Positions 50,834 through 59,384 of a stretch of 64,000 nt of DNA are shown in pieces. Positions within the stretch are counted from its first letter, which is position 1; the number at the start of each line of letters is the position of its first letter. The DNA comes from an uncultured Lactobacillales bacterium (lineage in GTDB: Bacteria > Pseudomonadota > Alphaproteobacteria > CAAHEQ01 > UBA3637). Location of the stretch: positions 8,366 to 72,365 of the forward strand of contig CAYPVK010000007.1 of NCBI GenBank assembly GCA_964414185.1, written 5' to 3'. Position numbers and translations under genes: made by a program. The notes beneath the pieces are model-generated. The model was not told the origin of the DNA and ran no database searches. It was given only the letters and a program-made list of their open reading frames with translations.

Positions 50834-50845
50834 TTTTGAAAAAAT

Positions 50846-50878
50846 AAAAACGGATACTGATAAGTGTCCGTTTTTTTA
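50846..50878 (+). terminator. Intrinsic terminator after tRNA-Pro
   Basis: AAAAACGGATAC-TGATAA-GTGTCCGTTTTTTT. Confidence 0.75.
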
Positions 50879-51200
50879 TACCCGCCTAAAACCCAATTTC
50901 AGCCACTCTCCCCACTTATCAAATTTTCACACACGATGTTGTCATCTTTAATATAAACGGCGTATACATATACCATTTGGGTAAAAGTATACCTTGAGCA
51001 AGTTGGCGCTTCATTTTAGCCACTTGGTCTGCAACTTATTGATTTTTATAAATTTGCCTAGAATTGTGCTGTTCTTGATGTTCTAATCCACGCTGGTGGG
51101 GGGTTGGCTTTTTACACTGTCAACTTGTTTGTTTGAAATCTTTTTTATGGTTTTTCAACAACATATACCGACAACTAGGATTATAAAATTTTTTTGTTCA

Positions 51201-51236
51201 GGGGGAATATTTTGACTTTTTCGGGAATTTACCTTT
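51201..51236 (+). promoter_or_regulatory. 36-bp upstream box, copy 1
   Basis: 32/36 identical to 54216-54251; directly before an AAGGAGG RBS. Confidence 0.65.
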
Positions 51237-51251
51237 CGAAAGGAGGTCAAA

Positions 51252-51410
51252 ATGACCCAAGTAGAAAAGTTAATTAAAATAATCATGCCCGATATATTAA
51301 GGTATCTGGAAATGCAAGAAAGTGGCGAAATTATTCAGAAAAGACTGGATAAAATAAAAAATGCAAGCATTCATTATGTTGATGAACCAGAAGAAGGAGG
51401 TCAAGAATGA
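51252..51410 (+). CDS. Small hypothetical protein (52 aa)
   Basis: AGGAGG RBS; MTQVEKLIKIIMPDILRYLEMQ...; ATGA overlap with the next gene. Confidence 0.6.
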   Translation: MTQVEKLIKIIMPDILRYLEMQESGEIIQKRLDKIKNASIHYVDEPEEGGQE

Positions 51411-51817
51411 AATCAGTCATCATGGAGATTGCTTTATTAAAAACAAAATCGTTGGCGGAACTGCAAGAAATGTGGAAAGAGTATTTTAACGAGCCTACGA
51501 TTTCACTGAATAAGGAATTTTTTGTATCACGAATTGCATACCGGATACAAGAACTGGCTTATGGAGGTATGCCCAAATCCCAACAAAAACTTATCGCTCA
51601 AATGTATATTCCGCCTGAAGTCAGGAAAAACCTACCACCGGTAGGAACAAGAATTATACGAGAATATCATCAAACGGAACACTCCGTTATCATTCTGAAT
51701 GAAGGAGTTGAATACAACGGGGTAAAATATCCGACCCTTTCTGCGGTGGCAAAGAAAATAACCGGTCGCAAAATATCCGGGCGGTATTTTTTTGGTTTAG
51801 ATAAGCAAGAAAAATAA
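51407..51817 (+). CDS. DUF2924-family protein
   Basis: EL...W..YF, IAYRIQELAYGG, PVGTRIIREY, TLSAVAKKITG...SG..FFGL. Confidence 0.85.
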   Translation: MKSVIMEIALLKTKSLAELQEMWKEYFNEPTISLNKEFFVSRIAYRIQELAYGGMPKSQQKLIAQMYIPPEVRKNLPPVGTRIIREYHQTEHSVIILNEGVEYNGVKYPTLSAVAKKITGRKISGRYFFGLDKQEK

Positions 51818-51828
51818 AGGAGAAACCA

Positions 51829-53541
51829 ATGGAAACTTTTAGCCCAATCAGATGCGCAATATATACACGTAAATCAACAGATGAAGGTCTTGAAAAAGAA
51901 TTCAATACCTTGGAGGCCCAACGCGAAGCCGGCGAAAACTATGTAAAAAGCCTTAAACATCAAGGCTGGATAGCTCTCTCGGAACATTATGATGATGGCG
52001 GTTATAGCGGTGGAAGTTTAAAACGGCCGGCATTAAAACGTCTGATTGATGATGTCGAGGCAGGTAAAATTGATATGATTGTTGTCTATAAAATCGACCG
52101 TCTAACCCGCTCTTTATTAGATTTTGCTCAATTGGTTCAAACTTTTGAAAAAAATAATTGTTCGTTTGTATCTGTTACACAGCATTTCAATACTTGCGAT
52201 TCCATGGGTAAACTGACCCTCAATATTTTATTATCATTTGCTCAATTTGAACGAGAGCTTGGGGCTGAACGTGTCAGGGATAAAATAGCGGCAAGCCGGA
52301 AAAAAGGAATGTGGACAGGTGGTTCTGTGCCATTGGGGTATACATTAAAAGACAAAAAATTAATCATTGAACCTAAAGAGGCGGAAATTGTTCGGTTTAT
52401 TTTCGAAGATTATATTCGCACAAGATCGGAAATAACAACAATGCGCAATGTAAATAGCAAAGGCTATAAACCAAAGGAACGTAAAAACAAAGACGGGAGC
52501 TTAAAAAATAATAGTGAATTTAATCATTTTATGATAAATAACATTTTAAACAATCCGATTTATTTAGGTAAAATGCCTTATAAGGGTGAGCTGTACGAGG
52601 GACAACATCAAGCAATAATCACTCAAGAGCTCTGGGATAGAAGAAAAAATCTGAAAGAAAGTAATCTTGGAAATTCGTTCAGACCTTCTAAATCGGTGAA
52701 GCACAGTCTGTTGAAAGGCCTACTTGAATGTGAATGCTGTGGAACGATGATACCCACCAGGAGCAAACGTGGTAATAAATACTACGAGTATTACTCCGCA
52801 TTAAAAGGTGTAAAGCAAGGAGTACACAACTCTCCTTGTAAAATCGGAAGCGTTCCGGCCGGCGAGCTTGATACATTTGTTCTGGATAAAATTCAGAAAA
52901 TATTTAAGTCTCCGGAAGTTATAAAGGAACTTGCAAAGCAGTTAGAACAAGAAAATCCTAAATACTCCGCAGAAACTGCTTTTAATCTTGTAAATGATAT
53001 AGGCGAAGTTTTTCAATATTTTGAACCAGCAACCGTCCATGATTTAATCGCTGAAATAGTAGAAAAAATAATTCTTCATTCTGATTATATAGAGATAAAA
53101 CTAAAACCATACGGGGCAAATATTTATGAAAACCAATTAATAGAGCAAGACCCACATTATCATAAAAAGAACTTAGTGCTGACATATCCCGTAACTTTTG
53201 GGAGAAAGCGCGGAAGTGTTAAAATTGTTGAGCCGACAAATCCGACAGAAGATGTGCCGGCACGGGATGAAAAACTGTTTAATGCAGTCACGCAGGCCTA
53301 TTACTTAAAGGACAAAATGGAAACAAAAAAGTGGTCGTTGGCTGAATTATCACGCCATGAAGGCTGTGATCACGGGTATTTAGGGCAAATAATCAGACTA
53401 ACAACACTTGCCCCCGATATTATCATGGCAATTTTAGAAGGACGGCAGCCCAAGTTATTAACTTTAAGAAGACTTCTGAGAGAGCGGTTTCCTTACTCTT
53501 GGGAAGAACAAAGACGTGAACTTGGATTTGATAAGAATTAA
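51829..53541 (+). CDS. Large serine recombinase with fused C-terminal HTH-like domain
   Basis: CAIYTRKST (catalytic Ser), DDGGYSGG, YKIDRLTRS, FAQFERE, zinc-ribbon region, tail LAPDI..AILEGRQP...W.EQR. Confidence 0.92.
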   Translation: METFSPIRCAIYTRKSTDEGLEKEFNTLEAQREAGENYVKSLKHQGWIALSEHYDDGGYSGGSLKRPALKRLIDDVEAGKIDMIVVYKIDRLTRSLLDFAQLVQTFEKNNCSFVSVTQHFNTCDSMGKLTLNILLSFAQFERELGAERVRDKIAASRKKGMWTGGSVPLGYTLKDKKLIIEPKEAEIVRFIFEDYIRTRSEITTMRNVNSKGYKPKERKNKDGSLKNNSEFNHFMINNILNNPIYLGKMPYKGELYEGQHQAIITQELWDRRKNLKESNLGNSFRPSKSVKHSLLKGLLECECCGTMIPTRSKRGNKYYEYYSALKGVKQGVHNSPCKIGSVPAGELDTFVLDKIQKIFKSPEVIKELAKQLEQENPKYSAETAFNLVNDIGEVFQYFEPATVHDLIAEIVEKIILHSDYIEIKLKPYGANIYENQLIEQDPHYHKKNLVLTYPVTFGRKRGSVKIVEPTNPTEDVPARDEKLFNAVTQAYYLKDKMETKKWSLAELSRHEGCDHGYLGQIIRLTTLAPDIIMAILEGRQPKLLTLRRLLRERFPYSWEEQRRELGFDKN

Positions 53542-53690
53542 TTATCTGAACTAACGAATGTTATGCCTATGTGTGTCAAAAAAAACATACATAGGTATTT
53601 TATTTTTAAGCAGATTCAATGAGTTGTTGCGAGGGATACAGCTAAAGGATATATGACCTTTTGTATTAACAATTAACAAAAGGTTAAAAT

Positions 53691-54215
53691 ATGTCGCAAT
53701 TTTTATTTAATGGATTGCCACCGAAAGTGGTAACTTATATCAAAATTCATGTTCGTTATCTTTTTTCAACTGGTCTGTTTAATTATCAAGAACGAGAGGA
53801 TTTAATTCAAGATCTCGTTCTTTATTATTTAGAGTTTATAAAAAAGAAAGGAGTAAAAATACCTGATAATGTACTGTTTATGGCAATAAAATCTAAAGCC
53901 ATGCACTTAGGACGAACCCGATTGCGAGAAATGCAGTCGGGTTTTTTAAATGATACGACATCAGATGATATGTTTGAAGCCATTGAATACGAGAATTCGG
54001 ATAATTTTTTACTAAGCGAAATTGAAAATAAAATTGAATTTGAAGATAGAAGAAAGTTTTTAACTGACAAACAAAAGCATTTTATTGACCTCGTTTTGGA
54101 CGGTGAACAGGTAACTAAAGCGATGAAAAAAGCCAAGGTTTCTCATAAGACTATGGATTTGATTGAAAGGCGCATAAGGAAGTTAGATGAAAAAAGTAAA
54201 AAAAATTTCTACTAA
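53691..54215 (+). CDS. Sigma-70/ECF-like phage transcription factor
   Basis: EREDLIQDL (region 2-like) and FLTDKQKHFIDLVLDG..V (region 4 HTH-like). Confidence 0.55.
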   Translation: MSQFLFNGLPPKVVTYIKIHVRYLFSTGLFNYQEREDLIQDLVLYYLEFIKKKGVKIPDNVLFMAIKSKAMHLGRTRLREMQSGFLNDTTSDDMFEAIEYENSDNFLLSEIENKIEFEDRRKFLTDKQKHFIDLVLDGEQVTKAMKKAKVSHKTMDLIERRIRKLDEKSKKNFY

Positions 54216-54251
54216 GGGGGAGTATTTCGATTTTGTCGGGAATTTACCTTT
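54216..54251 (+). promoter_or_regulatory. 36-bp upstream box, copy 2
   Basis: GGGGGAGTATTTCGATTTTGTCGGGAATTTACCTTT starting immediately after the sigma-like stop codon. Confidence 0.65.
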
Positions 54252-54279
54252 TGTATCAACACTAACAAAAGGAGATAAA

Positions 54280-54525
54280 ATGCTTAAATCAAAAGATACG
54301 GTATTTGAAATTATCAAAAAAATTCCAGCAGATTCAATGGTCTCTCTGTCTTTCACGCAGTTGCGGGAATTTGAAAACAGACTGAAAAAAGAAATTATTT
54401 TTTATTCTCTGAAGCATAAAGAAAAGACTAAAGTTTATCAACGGGCCGTTCTTGCTTTACGCTGGGTGCAAGGCATTATCCGCATTAAAACGATAAATAC
54501 GATGAAAGGACCCAAAAATGGATAG
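54280..54525 (+). CDS. Phage hypothetical protein
   Basis: AAGGAG RBS, ATG 54280, overlaps the next start. Confidence 0.6.
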   Translation: MLKSKDTVFEIIKKIPADSMVSLSFTQLREFENRLKKEIIFYSLKHKEKTKVYQRAVLALRWVQGIIRIKTINTMKGPKNG

Positions 54526-55186
54526 AAAGACCTCATTTGTATTTTATCCGGCGGAGTTCCTTGCATCTGTGTATAATTTTACAAATTGTGAATGTGCAAT
54601 CTTAATTAAATCAATTTGCGAATACGCTTTGTACGGAAAGACCACCAGAAATTTATCAGAAAGAATTCAAGACCGTTTTAATTTTTTGCAAGCCGGTATA
54701 GATGAAAATAATCGTAAATATTTTGAAATCTGTGAAAAACGTAAGGCTGGCGGCTCTAAAGGTGGTCGGCCAAAACGTGAAAAGGAAAACCTTAAGGTTT
54801 CTACAGAGACAAAAAATCAGGTAAACGAAAAACCTGATAAGGAAAAGAAGAAGGATAATGAATCGGATAATGTAAATGAAAATGGAGATAAAGATAAAGG
54901 GGCGGATTATGTGGATAAGTCGGAATATGTCGGTGCGCCGAGTGTTGATGAGGTGGCGGCGTATGCGAAAGAAAGTGGTTACACGATTGACCCTATTGCT
55001 TTTGTGCGCTGGAATGAGGAACGTGGCTGGATGAACGGCAAAAAATATATTGCCGTTGACTGGCGCAAAGCTGTTCGGAAATGGTTTTGCAAGGAAAACG
55101 GACTGTCATTTAGTGAAATGGAGACTTTTTCGGACGTGTGTGCCGATATGCTTGGCAAAGTAAAGGCGGTGCACCATGAGAGTTAA
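54518..55186 (+). CDS. Phage replication initiator-like protein (DUF6291-like N-terminus)
   Basis: SFVFY..., Y..ICEKRK..G.KGGRPK, acidic linker, PS.DEV..Y...F...N...GW...DWRKAVR.W. Confidence 0.7.
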   Translation: MDRKTSFVFYPAEFLASVYNFTNCECAILIKSICEYALYGKTTRNLSERIQDRFNFLQAGIDENNRKYFEICEKRKAGGSKGGRPKREKENLKVSTETKNQVNEKPDKEKKKDNESDNVNENGDKDKGADYVDKSEYVGAPSVDEVAAYAKESGYTIDPIAFVRWNEERGWMNGKKYIAVDWRKAVRKWFCKENGLSFSEMETFSDVCADMLGKVKAVHHES

Positions 55187-55604
55187 GAGCATTGATGATA
55201 TCAAAAATATCTTGGAAACGGCCGCTTATGTCGACCGTTTGTTACCGCCTGTACGTTCGCCAAAATATCGTTGTTGTATGCCGGCGATTGTTTACACCCC
55301 GCAAGAAATCATCTTTATGGATCGACGTCCGATCAAACCCCGTCCAACCCAAGAACAGGTCAGTTTATGGGAAATGGTTATTTTGGAGTGGATGCCGCTT
55401 TTAGAGGTTTATGAAAGGCAACTGGTTTGGAAACGCGCCAACAGAATACCGTGGAAACTTTTGTGCCGAGAGTTCGGATTATGTCGGACAAGGTTAATGA
55501 TCAAGTATGATAAAGCCATTGTAAAGATTGAATTTTATCTAAAAGGAAAGGAAAAATGCAGAGTGCAAAAAACAAGTGGACACTTTCAAAAGAAATCGCT
55601 ATAA
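55176..55604 (+). CDS. DUF6362-like HTH protein, candidate late-gene regulator
   Basis: LE.AA.V.R.LP.V, WM..L...ERQLVW.RA...PWK..CREFG. Confidence 0.7.
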   Translation: MRVKSIDDIKNILETAAYVDRLLPPVRSPKYRCCMPAIVYTPQEIIFMDRRPIKPRPTQEQVSLWEMVILEWMPLLEVYERQLVWKRANRIPWKLLCREFGLCRTRLMIKYDKAIVKIEFYLKGKEKCRVQKTSGHFQKKSL

Positions 55605-55690
55605 ATAAGGGTATAATCGGGACGGTTCTGTAAGGAGCGTCCCTTATTTTTACAAAAGAAGCTCGTCAGCGGTGGCTGTCGGGCTTTTTT
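55577..55690 (+). promoter_or_regulatory. Late-promoter-like module: promoter, proximal -10-like element, hairpin, terminator
   Basis: TGGACA-17-TATAAA, TATAAT at 55612-55617, GGGACG/CGTCCC hairpin, AGCTCGTCAGC-GGTG-GCTGTCGGGCT+T run. Confidence 0.6.
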
Positions 55691-55710
55691 CATATCCAAA
55701 AGGAGAAAAC

Positions 55711-56709
55711 ATGAAAAAAACAGCGGAAGCGGTGTCACTCGGACACCCCGATAAAACGGCGGACTATATTTCCAGTTACATTTTAGACCGGATGATTGCC
55801 CAAGACGAACAAGTCAAATATGCGGTTGAAGTTATGGTTAAAGACAACACCGTGGTTTTGGGCGGCGAGATTAAAGGCAATGTTGATTTATCAAATCTTG
55901 AAGAGTTTGTGAAAGATGCACTTCGTGATATCGGGTATGATGAATGTTATGCCGAAAACTGGGGAGAAAATGCCATAGATGTTCGCCGGCTAAACATTAT
56001 CAACCTTGTCGGGAAACAGTCTTTGGAAATCACGCAAAGCGTTGTAACCGGCTGGGGCGATCAAGGCGTGTTTGTCGGATATGCCTGTAAGGGTGATGGT
56101 CTTATCAGCAAGGAACAATATCTAGCCCGTTTCTTGAACAACGCACTTTATATCAAGGCCCGCCAGAGCAAGAATCTCGGGATTGATATCAAAACACAAA
56201 TTACCCTCAACGATTACGGGCATATTGAGACAGCGATTGTCGCCATTCCGATGCTTGCACCCGAAGATTTGACAGGTTTTATTGTTAAAACATTGGGCGA
56301 AACGCCTAACAATATCATTATCAACGGTATAGGGATATTCAAAACTCATTCTTCTGTGGCGGATTGTGGCATGACCGGACGGAAACTCGCCTGCGATTTT
56401 TATGGCACATCCGCTCCGATTGGTGGCGGCAGCCCGTGGACGAAAGACGGCAGTAAAGCAGATGTCACGCTTAACATTTACGCCCGCCGCTTGGCTTTGC
56501 AATATCTTGAAGATAACGATGAATGTTTTGTTTATCTCTCGTCATGCATCGGACAAGCTGAGCTCCCAAGCGCAACGGTTAAAACCATCAAAGACGGCGT
56601 GACAACATCAACCACGATTGAATTTAACAAGAAACCTTTTGAGTTGGTGGAAGAACTTGACCTGAATAAACCGATTTACGCCAAACTTTGCTGGAACGGC
56701 CTCGCTTAA
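55711..56709 (+). CDS. metK: Phage-borne S-adenosylmethionine synthetase (divergent, 332 aa)
   Basis: EAVSLGHPDK, GWGDQG, DIKTQIT, ADCGMTGRK, GGG...KD.SKAD; AAGGAG RBS. Confidence 0.85.
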   Translation: MKKTAEAVSLGHPDKTADYISSYILDRMIAQDEQVKYAVEVMVKDNTVVLGGEIKGNVDLSNLEEFVKDALRDIGYDECYAENWGENAIDVRRLNIINLVGKQSLEITQSVVTGWGDQGVFVGYACKGDGLISKEQYLARFLNNALYIKARQSKNLGIDIKTQITLNDYGHIETAIVAIPMLAPEDLTGFIVKTLGETPNNIIINGIGIFKTHSSVADCGMTGRKLACDFYGTSAPIGGGSPWTKDGSKADVTLNIYARRLALQYLEDNDECFVYLSSCIGQAELPSATVKTIKDGVTTSTTIEFNKKPFELVEELDLNKPIYAKLCWNGLA

Positions 56710-56717
56710 GACCGAGC

Positions 56718-56905
56718 GGGTCCTTCCCCGCTCTTTTGCGTATGCGGGGACGCAAGCCGCTTTATTTTTTTAGTGAAACACTCTTTTTTTGGCTGGTCGG
56801 GGTATCTTGGAACCCCTTGTAAATGCTAGGGTTTCAAGGGATATCTCAAAATCAGGCTGGTCACCCTGCATTTTTGCCTGGTCGCCCTGTGGCCGGCTGG
56901 TCACT
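56718..56905 (+). other. Putative cos packaging site (cosQ/cosN-like plus repeats)
   Basis: GGGTCCT at 56718, ATGCGGGGACGCAAGCCGC at 56742-56760, four G(G/C)CTGGTC repeats at 56791, 56855, 56876, 56895. Confidence 0.6.
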
Positions 56906-56927
56906 TTTCTTTTTTTTCGGAGGAAAT

Positions 56928-58220
56928 ATGGAGTTTTTTGAAACTTATCCAACTGATAAGCTCATTCCTTATGCCCGCAACTCTCGGACACACAACGATG
57001 AGCAAATTGCTCAGATTGTGGCAAGCATTAAGGAATTCGGTTTTACAAATCCCATTCTGATTGATGAGGATGATGTGATTATTGCCGGACACGGGCGTTT
57101 GATGGCGGCGCAACGCATGGGATTAAAGAATGTTCCTGTCATTCGGCTGTCCGGATTGACACACGCCCAACGCCGTGCCTTGGTGATAGCTGATAATAAA
57201 ATCGCTCTGAATGCCGGTTGGGACGAAGAAATGTTGTATTTGGAAATGGAAGAACTCAAATCCGAAAACTTTGACTTGGGGCTTTTAGGGTTTAATATGG
57301 AGGAACTTCAGGCGTTGGAGCATTTTGGCGAAGATGCCGGAAAGGACGATACCGAAGAAGTTGATGTGCCTGATGTACCGGAAGAAGCCATCACGCGGAA
57401 AGGCGATGTGTGGATTTTGGGACGACACCGTTTAATCTGTGGCGATACCACGATGATAGACGATGTGAAAAAGTTGATGCAAGATGAAGTAGCCGATATG
57501 ATCTTTACCGACCCGCCGTATAATGTGAACTACGGCTCCACCATGAAAGACAGCATCCGCTACCATGCCGGTAGTTTGGGCGGTCGTAAAATTATGAATG
57601 ATAATTTGGGCGATGAGTTCGGGCAGTTCTTAACTGACAGCCTCTCCAACATGATGATGTATTGCAAAGGAGCCGCTTATGTCTGTATGAGTTCCTCCGA
57701 ACTGCATACCCTGTATAACTCGTTTATCAATGCCGGCGGTAAGTGGTCGACCTTTATCATCTGGGCAAAGAACACCTTTACCCTTGGTCGGGCAGATTAC
57801 CAGCGGCAATATGAACCTATCCTCTATGGTTGGGGCAAGGACAAAGACCATTACTGGTGCGGTGACCGGAATCAGTCGGATGTTTGGGAATATAACAAAC
57901 CGGTTAAGAACGACCTGCACCCGACCATGAAACCGATTGAGCTTGTCATGCGGGCTATTTTAAACAGTTCCAAACTCGGCGACATAGTTTTGGATGGTTT
58001 CGGAGGCTCCGGTTCCACCCTTATCGCCGCCGAAAAGACCGGACGTTCTGCCAGATTGATAGAGCTTGACCCGAAATTTTGCGATGTGATTGTGAAACGG
58101 TGGGAGGAATATACCGGCAAAAAAGCGGATATTCTTAACAATAATGCAAAAAGTTCGGATATTGATGCAGAATTGATTGGACTTCCTTTAAAACAAGAGT
58201 GTTCATTGAGCAAACAATGA
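56928..58220 (+). CDS. ParB/Srx-domain DNA methyltransferase (N6A/N4C, beta order)
   Basis: PYARNSRTH, EFGFTNPI, AGHGR; TDPPY, HPTMKP, LDGFGGSGSTLIAAE; start at ATG 56928 after GGAGG. Confidence 0.92.
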   Translation: MEFFETYPTDKLIPYARNSRTHNDEQIAQIVASIKEFGFTNPILIDEDDVIIAGHGRLMAAQRMGLKNVPVIRLSGLTHAQRRALVIADNKIALNAGWDEEMLYLEMEELKSENFDLGLLGFNMEELQALEHFGEDAGKDDTEEVDVPDVPEEAITRKGDVWILGRHRLICGDTTMIDDVKKLMQDEVADMIFTDPPYNVNYGSTMKDSIRYHAGSLGGRKIMNDNLGDEFGQFLTDSLSNMMMYCKGAAYVCMSSSELHTLYNSFINAGGKWSTFIIWAKNTFTLGRADYQRQYEPILYGWGKDKDHYWCGDRNQSDVWEYNKPVKNDLHPTMKPIELVMRAILNSSKLGDIVLDGFGGSGSTLIAAEKTGRSARLIELDPKFCDVIVKRWEEYTGKKADILNNNAKSSDIDAELIGLPLKQECSLSKQ

Positions 58221-58231
58221 AAGGAGAAAAA

Positions 58232-58435
58232 ATGTCTGATGTAAAATATCCTAATATCACTGTTAAGTTGATTGGAGAAGACGGTAATGCCTTTAGCATA
58301 ATCGGTAAATGCCTGAGGACTATGCGAAGAGCCGGATTAAGTCAAGAAGAGCAAGATGCATTTCAGGCTGAAGCGATGTCCGAAAATTATGATCACTTAC
58401 TCACCACCTGTATGGAATGGTTTGATGTTGAATAA
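58232..58435 (+). CDS. Small phage hypothetical protein
   Basis: V.LIGEDGNAF.I.G...YDHLL pattern; AAGGAG RBS; own promoter-like box. Confidence 0.7.
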   Translation: MSDVKYPNITVKLIGEDGNAFSIIGKCLRTMRRAGLSQEEQDAFQAEAMSENYDHLLTTCMEWFDVE

Positions 58436-58523
58436 ATATGAATTTCAAATGCATTATTTGCTGGACTTGTGCGGAAACAAGAGCGTTACTGTAGTTATAA
58501 AGTAAATAATTAGGAGATTCAAA

Positions 58524-58814
58524 ATGTTAAGACACAATGACGTTTTTATACTCGACATACAAGAGCAAGGCATTGAGGCAAAAGACAAAGATATTTTACT
58601 TGATACTTTTGAAGATCTGATGTGCAGAACCAGCTCTCTGGTTAAAAAAGCGGAGTTTGACATTGATGAGTTTGCGTTTGCCGGTCAAAAAACTAAAGGT
58701 TACACCCTTACCATAGAACGCCTTTTAAGAGAAAAGAAACTTGAACAATGGAAAGCTACTTTTATAAAAGGAGGTAAGATTAAGATGATTGCTTTAGGAC
58801 AAGTTGAAATATAG
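58524..58814 (+). CDS. Small phage hypothetical protein
   Basis: AGGAG RBS; own promoter-like box. Confidence 0.65.
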   Translation: MLRHNDVFILDIQEQGIEAKDKDILLDTFEDLMCRTSSLVKKAEFDIDEFAFAGQKTKGYTLTIERLLREKKLEQWKATFIKGGKIKMIALGQVEI

Positions 58815-58874
58815 TCAATAACTACCGCGATTTGCAAAAGGAACTCTGTGCCCCTTTTGGGTTGGAGAAAATCA

Positions 58875-59384
58875 ATGAATAAAAAAGTATCACTTCGGGA
58901 ATATGCGAGAATTCGGGGTGTTCGGCTAAATGCCGTGCAGACAGCCTTAAAAAGCGGACGGATACACGCTGATCCGGACGGCCGAATTGATGTTGAAAGC
59001 GCCAATCGGGAGTGGTTTATGAATACGGATCCGGCTAAACAACGCAAAAGCGATCCGTTGTTTGACCCGCCGCAACCCGAAACAAAATCCTCTATGGCCA
59101 CGTTTCAACAGGCAAAAACCGCCGATATTTATTATCGGGCAATGCTCGCCAAAAAGAAATTGGAGATGATGACCGGTTCCGTAATTGACCGTAAATGTGC
59201 CGGAACATACGCTTTTATGCTCGGGCGGTCGCTCAGGGATTTGTTTAACAGTTTTCCGACACGGTACGGAGCGTTAATTGCGGCGGATTTGGGAACAGAT
59301 GAACATAAAACGGTGATGGTAATAGAAGAATATGTCCGGCAATTACTCTGTGAAAGCAGTGAACTCATCAACAGGGAACTTTAA
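58875..59384 (+). CDS. Putative terminase small subunit (Nu1-like)
   Basis: N-terminal wHTH SLREYARIRGV...AV..A..SGRI; directly upstream of and overlapping terL. Confidence 0.7.
   Translation: MNKKVSLREYARIRGVRLNAVQTALKSGRIHADPDGRIDVESANREWFMNTDPAKQRKSDPLFDPPQPETKSSMATFQQAKTADIYYRAMLAKKKLEMMTGSVIDRKCAGTYAFMLGRSLRDLFNSFPTRYGALIAADLGTDEHKTVMVIEEYVRQLLCESSELINREL

Noticed and set aside
55600-55710. SAM riboswitch upstream of metK
   Set aside because: No SAM-I, SAM-II or SAM-SAH consensus seen; the hairpins fit a late promoter/terminator better
56791-56905. CRISPR-like or iteron array from the GGCTGGTC repeats
   Set aside because: Repeats are 8-10 bp with irregular spacing and no cas or rep gene adjoins; interpreted as cosB-like sites
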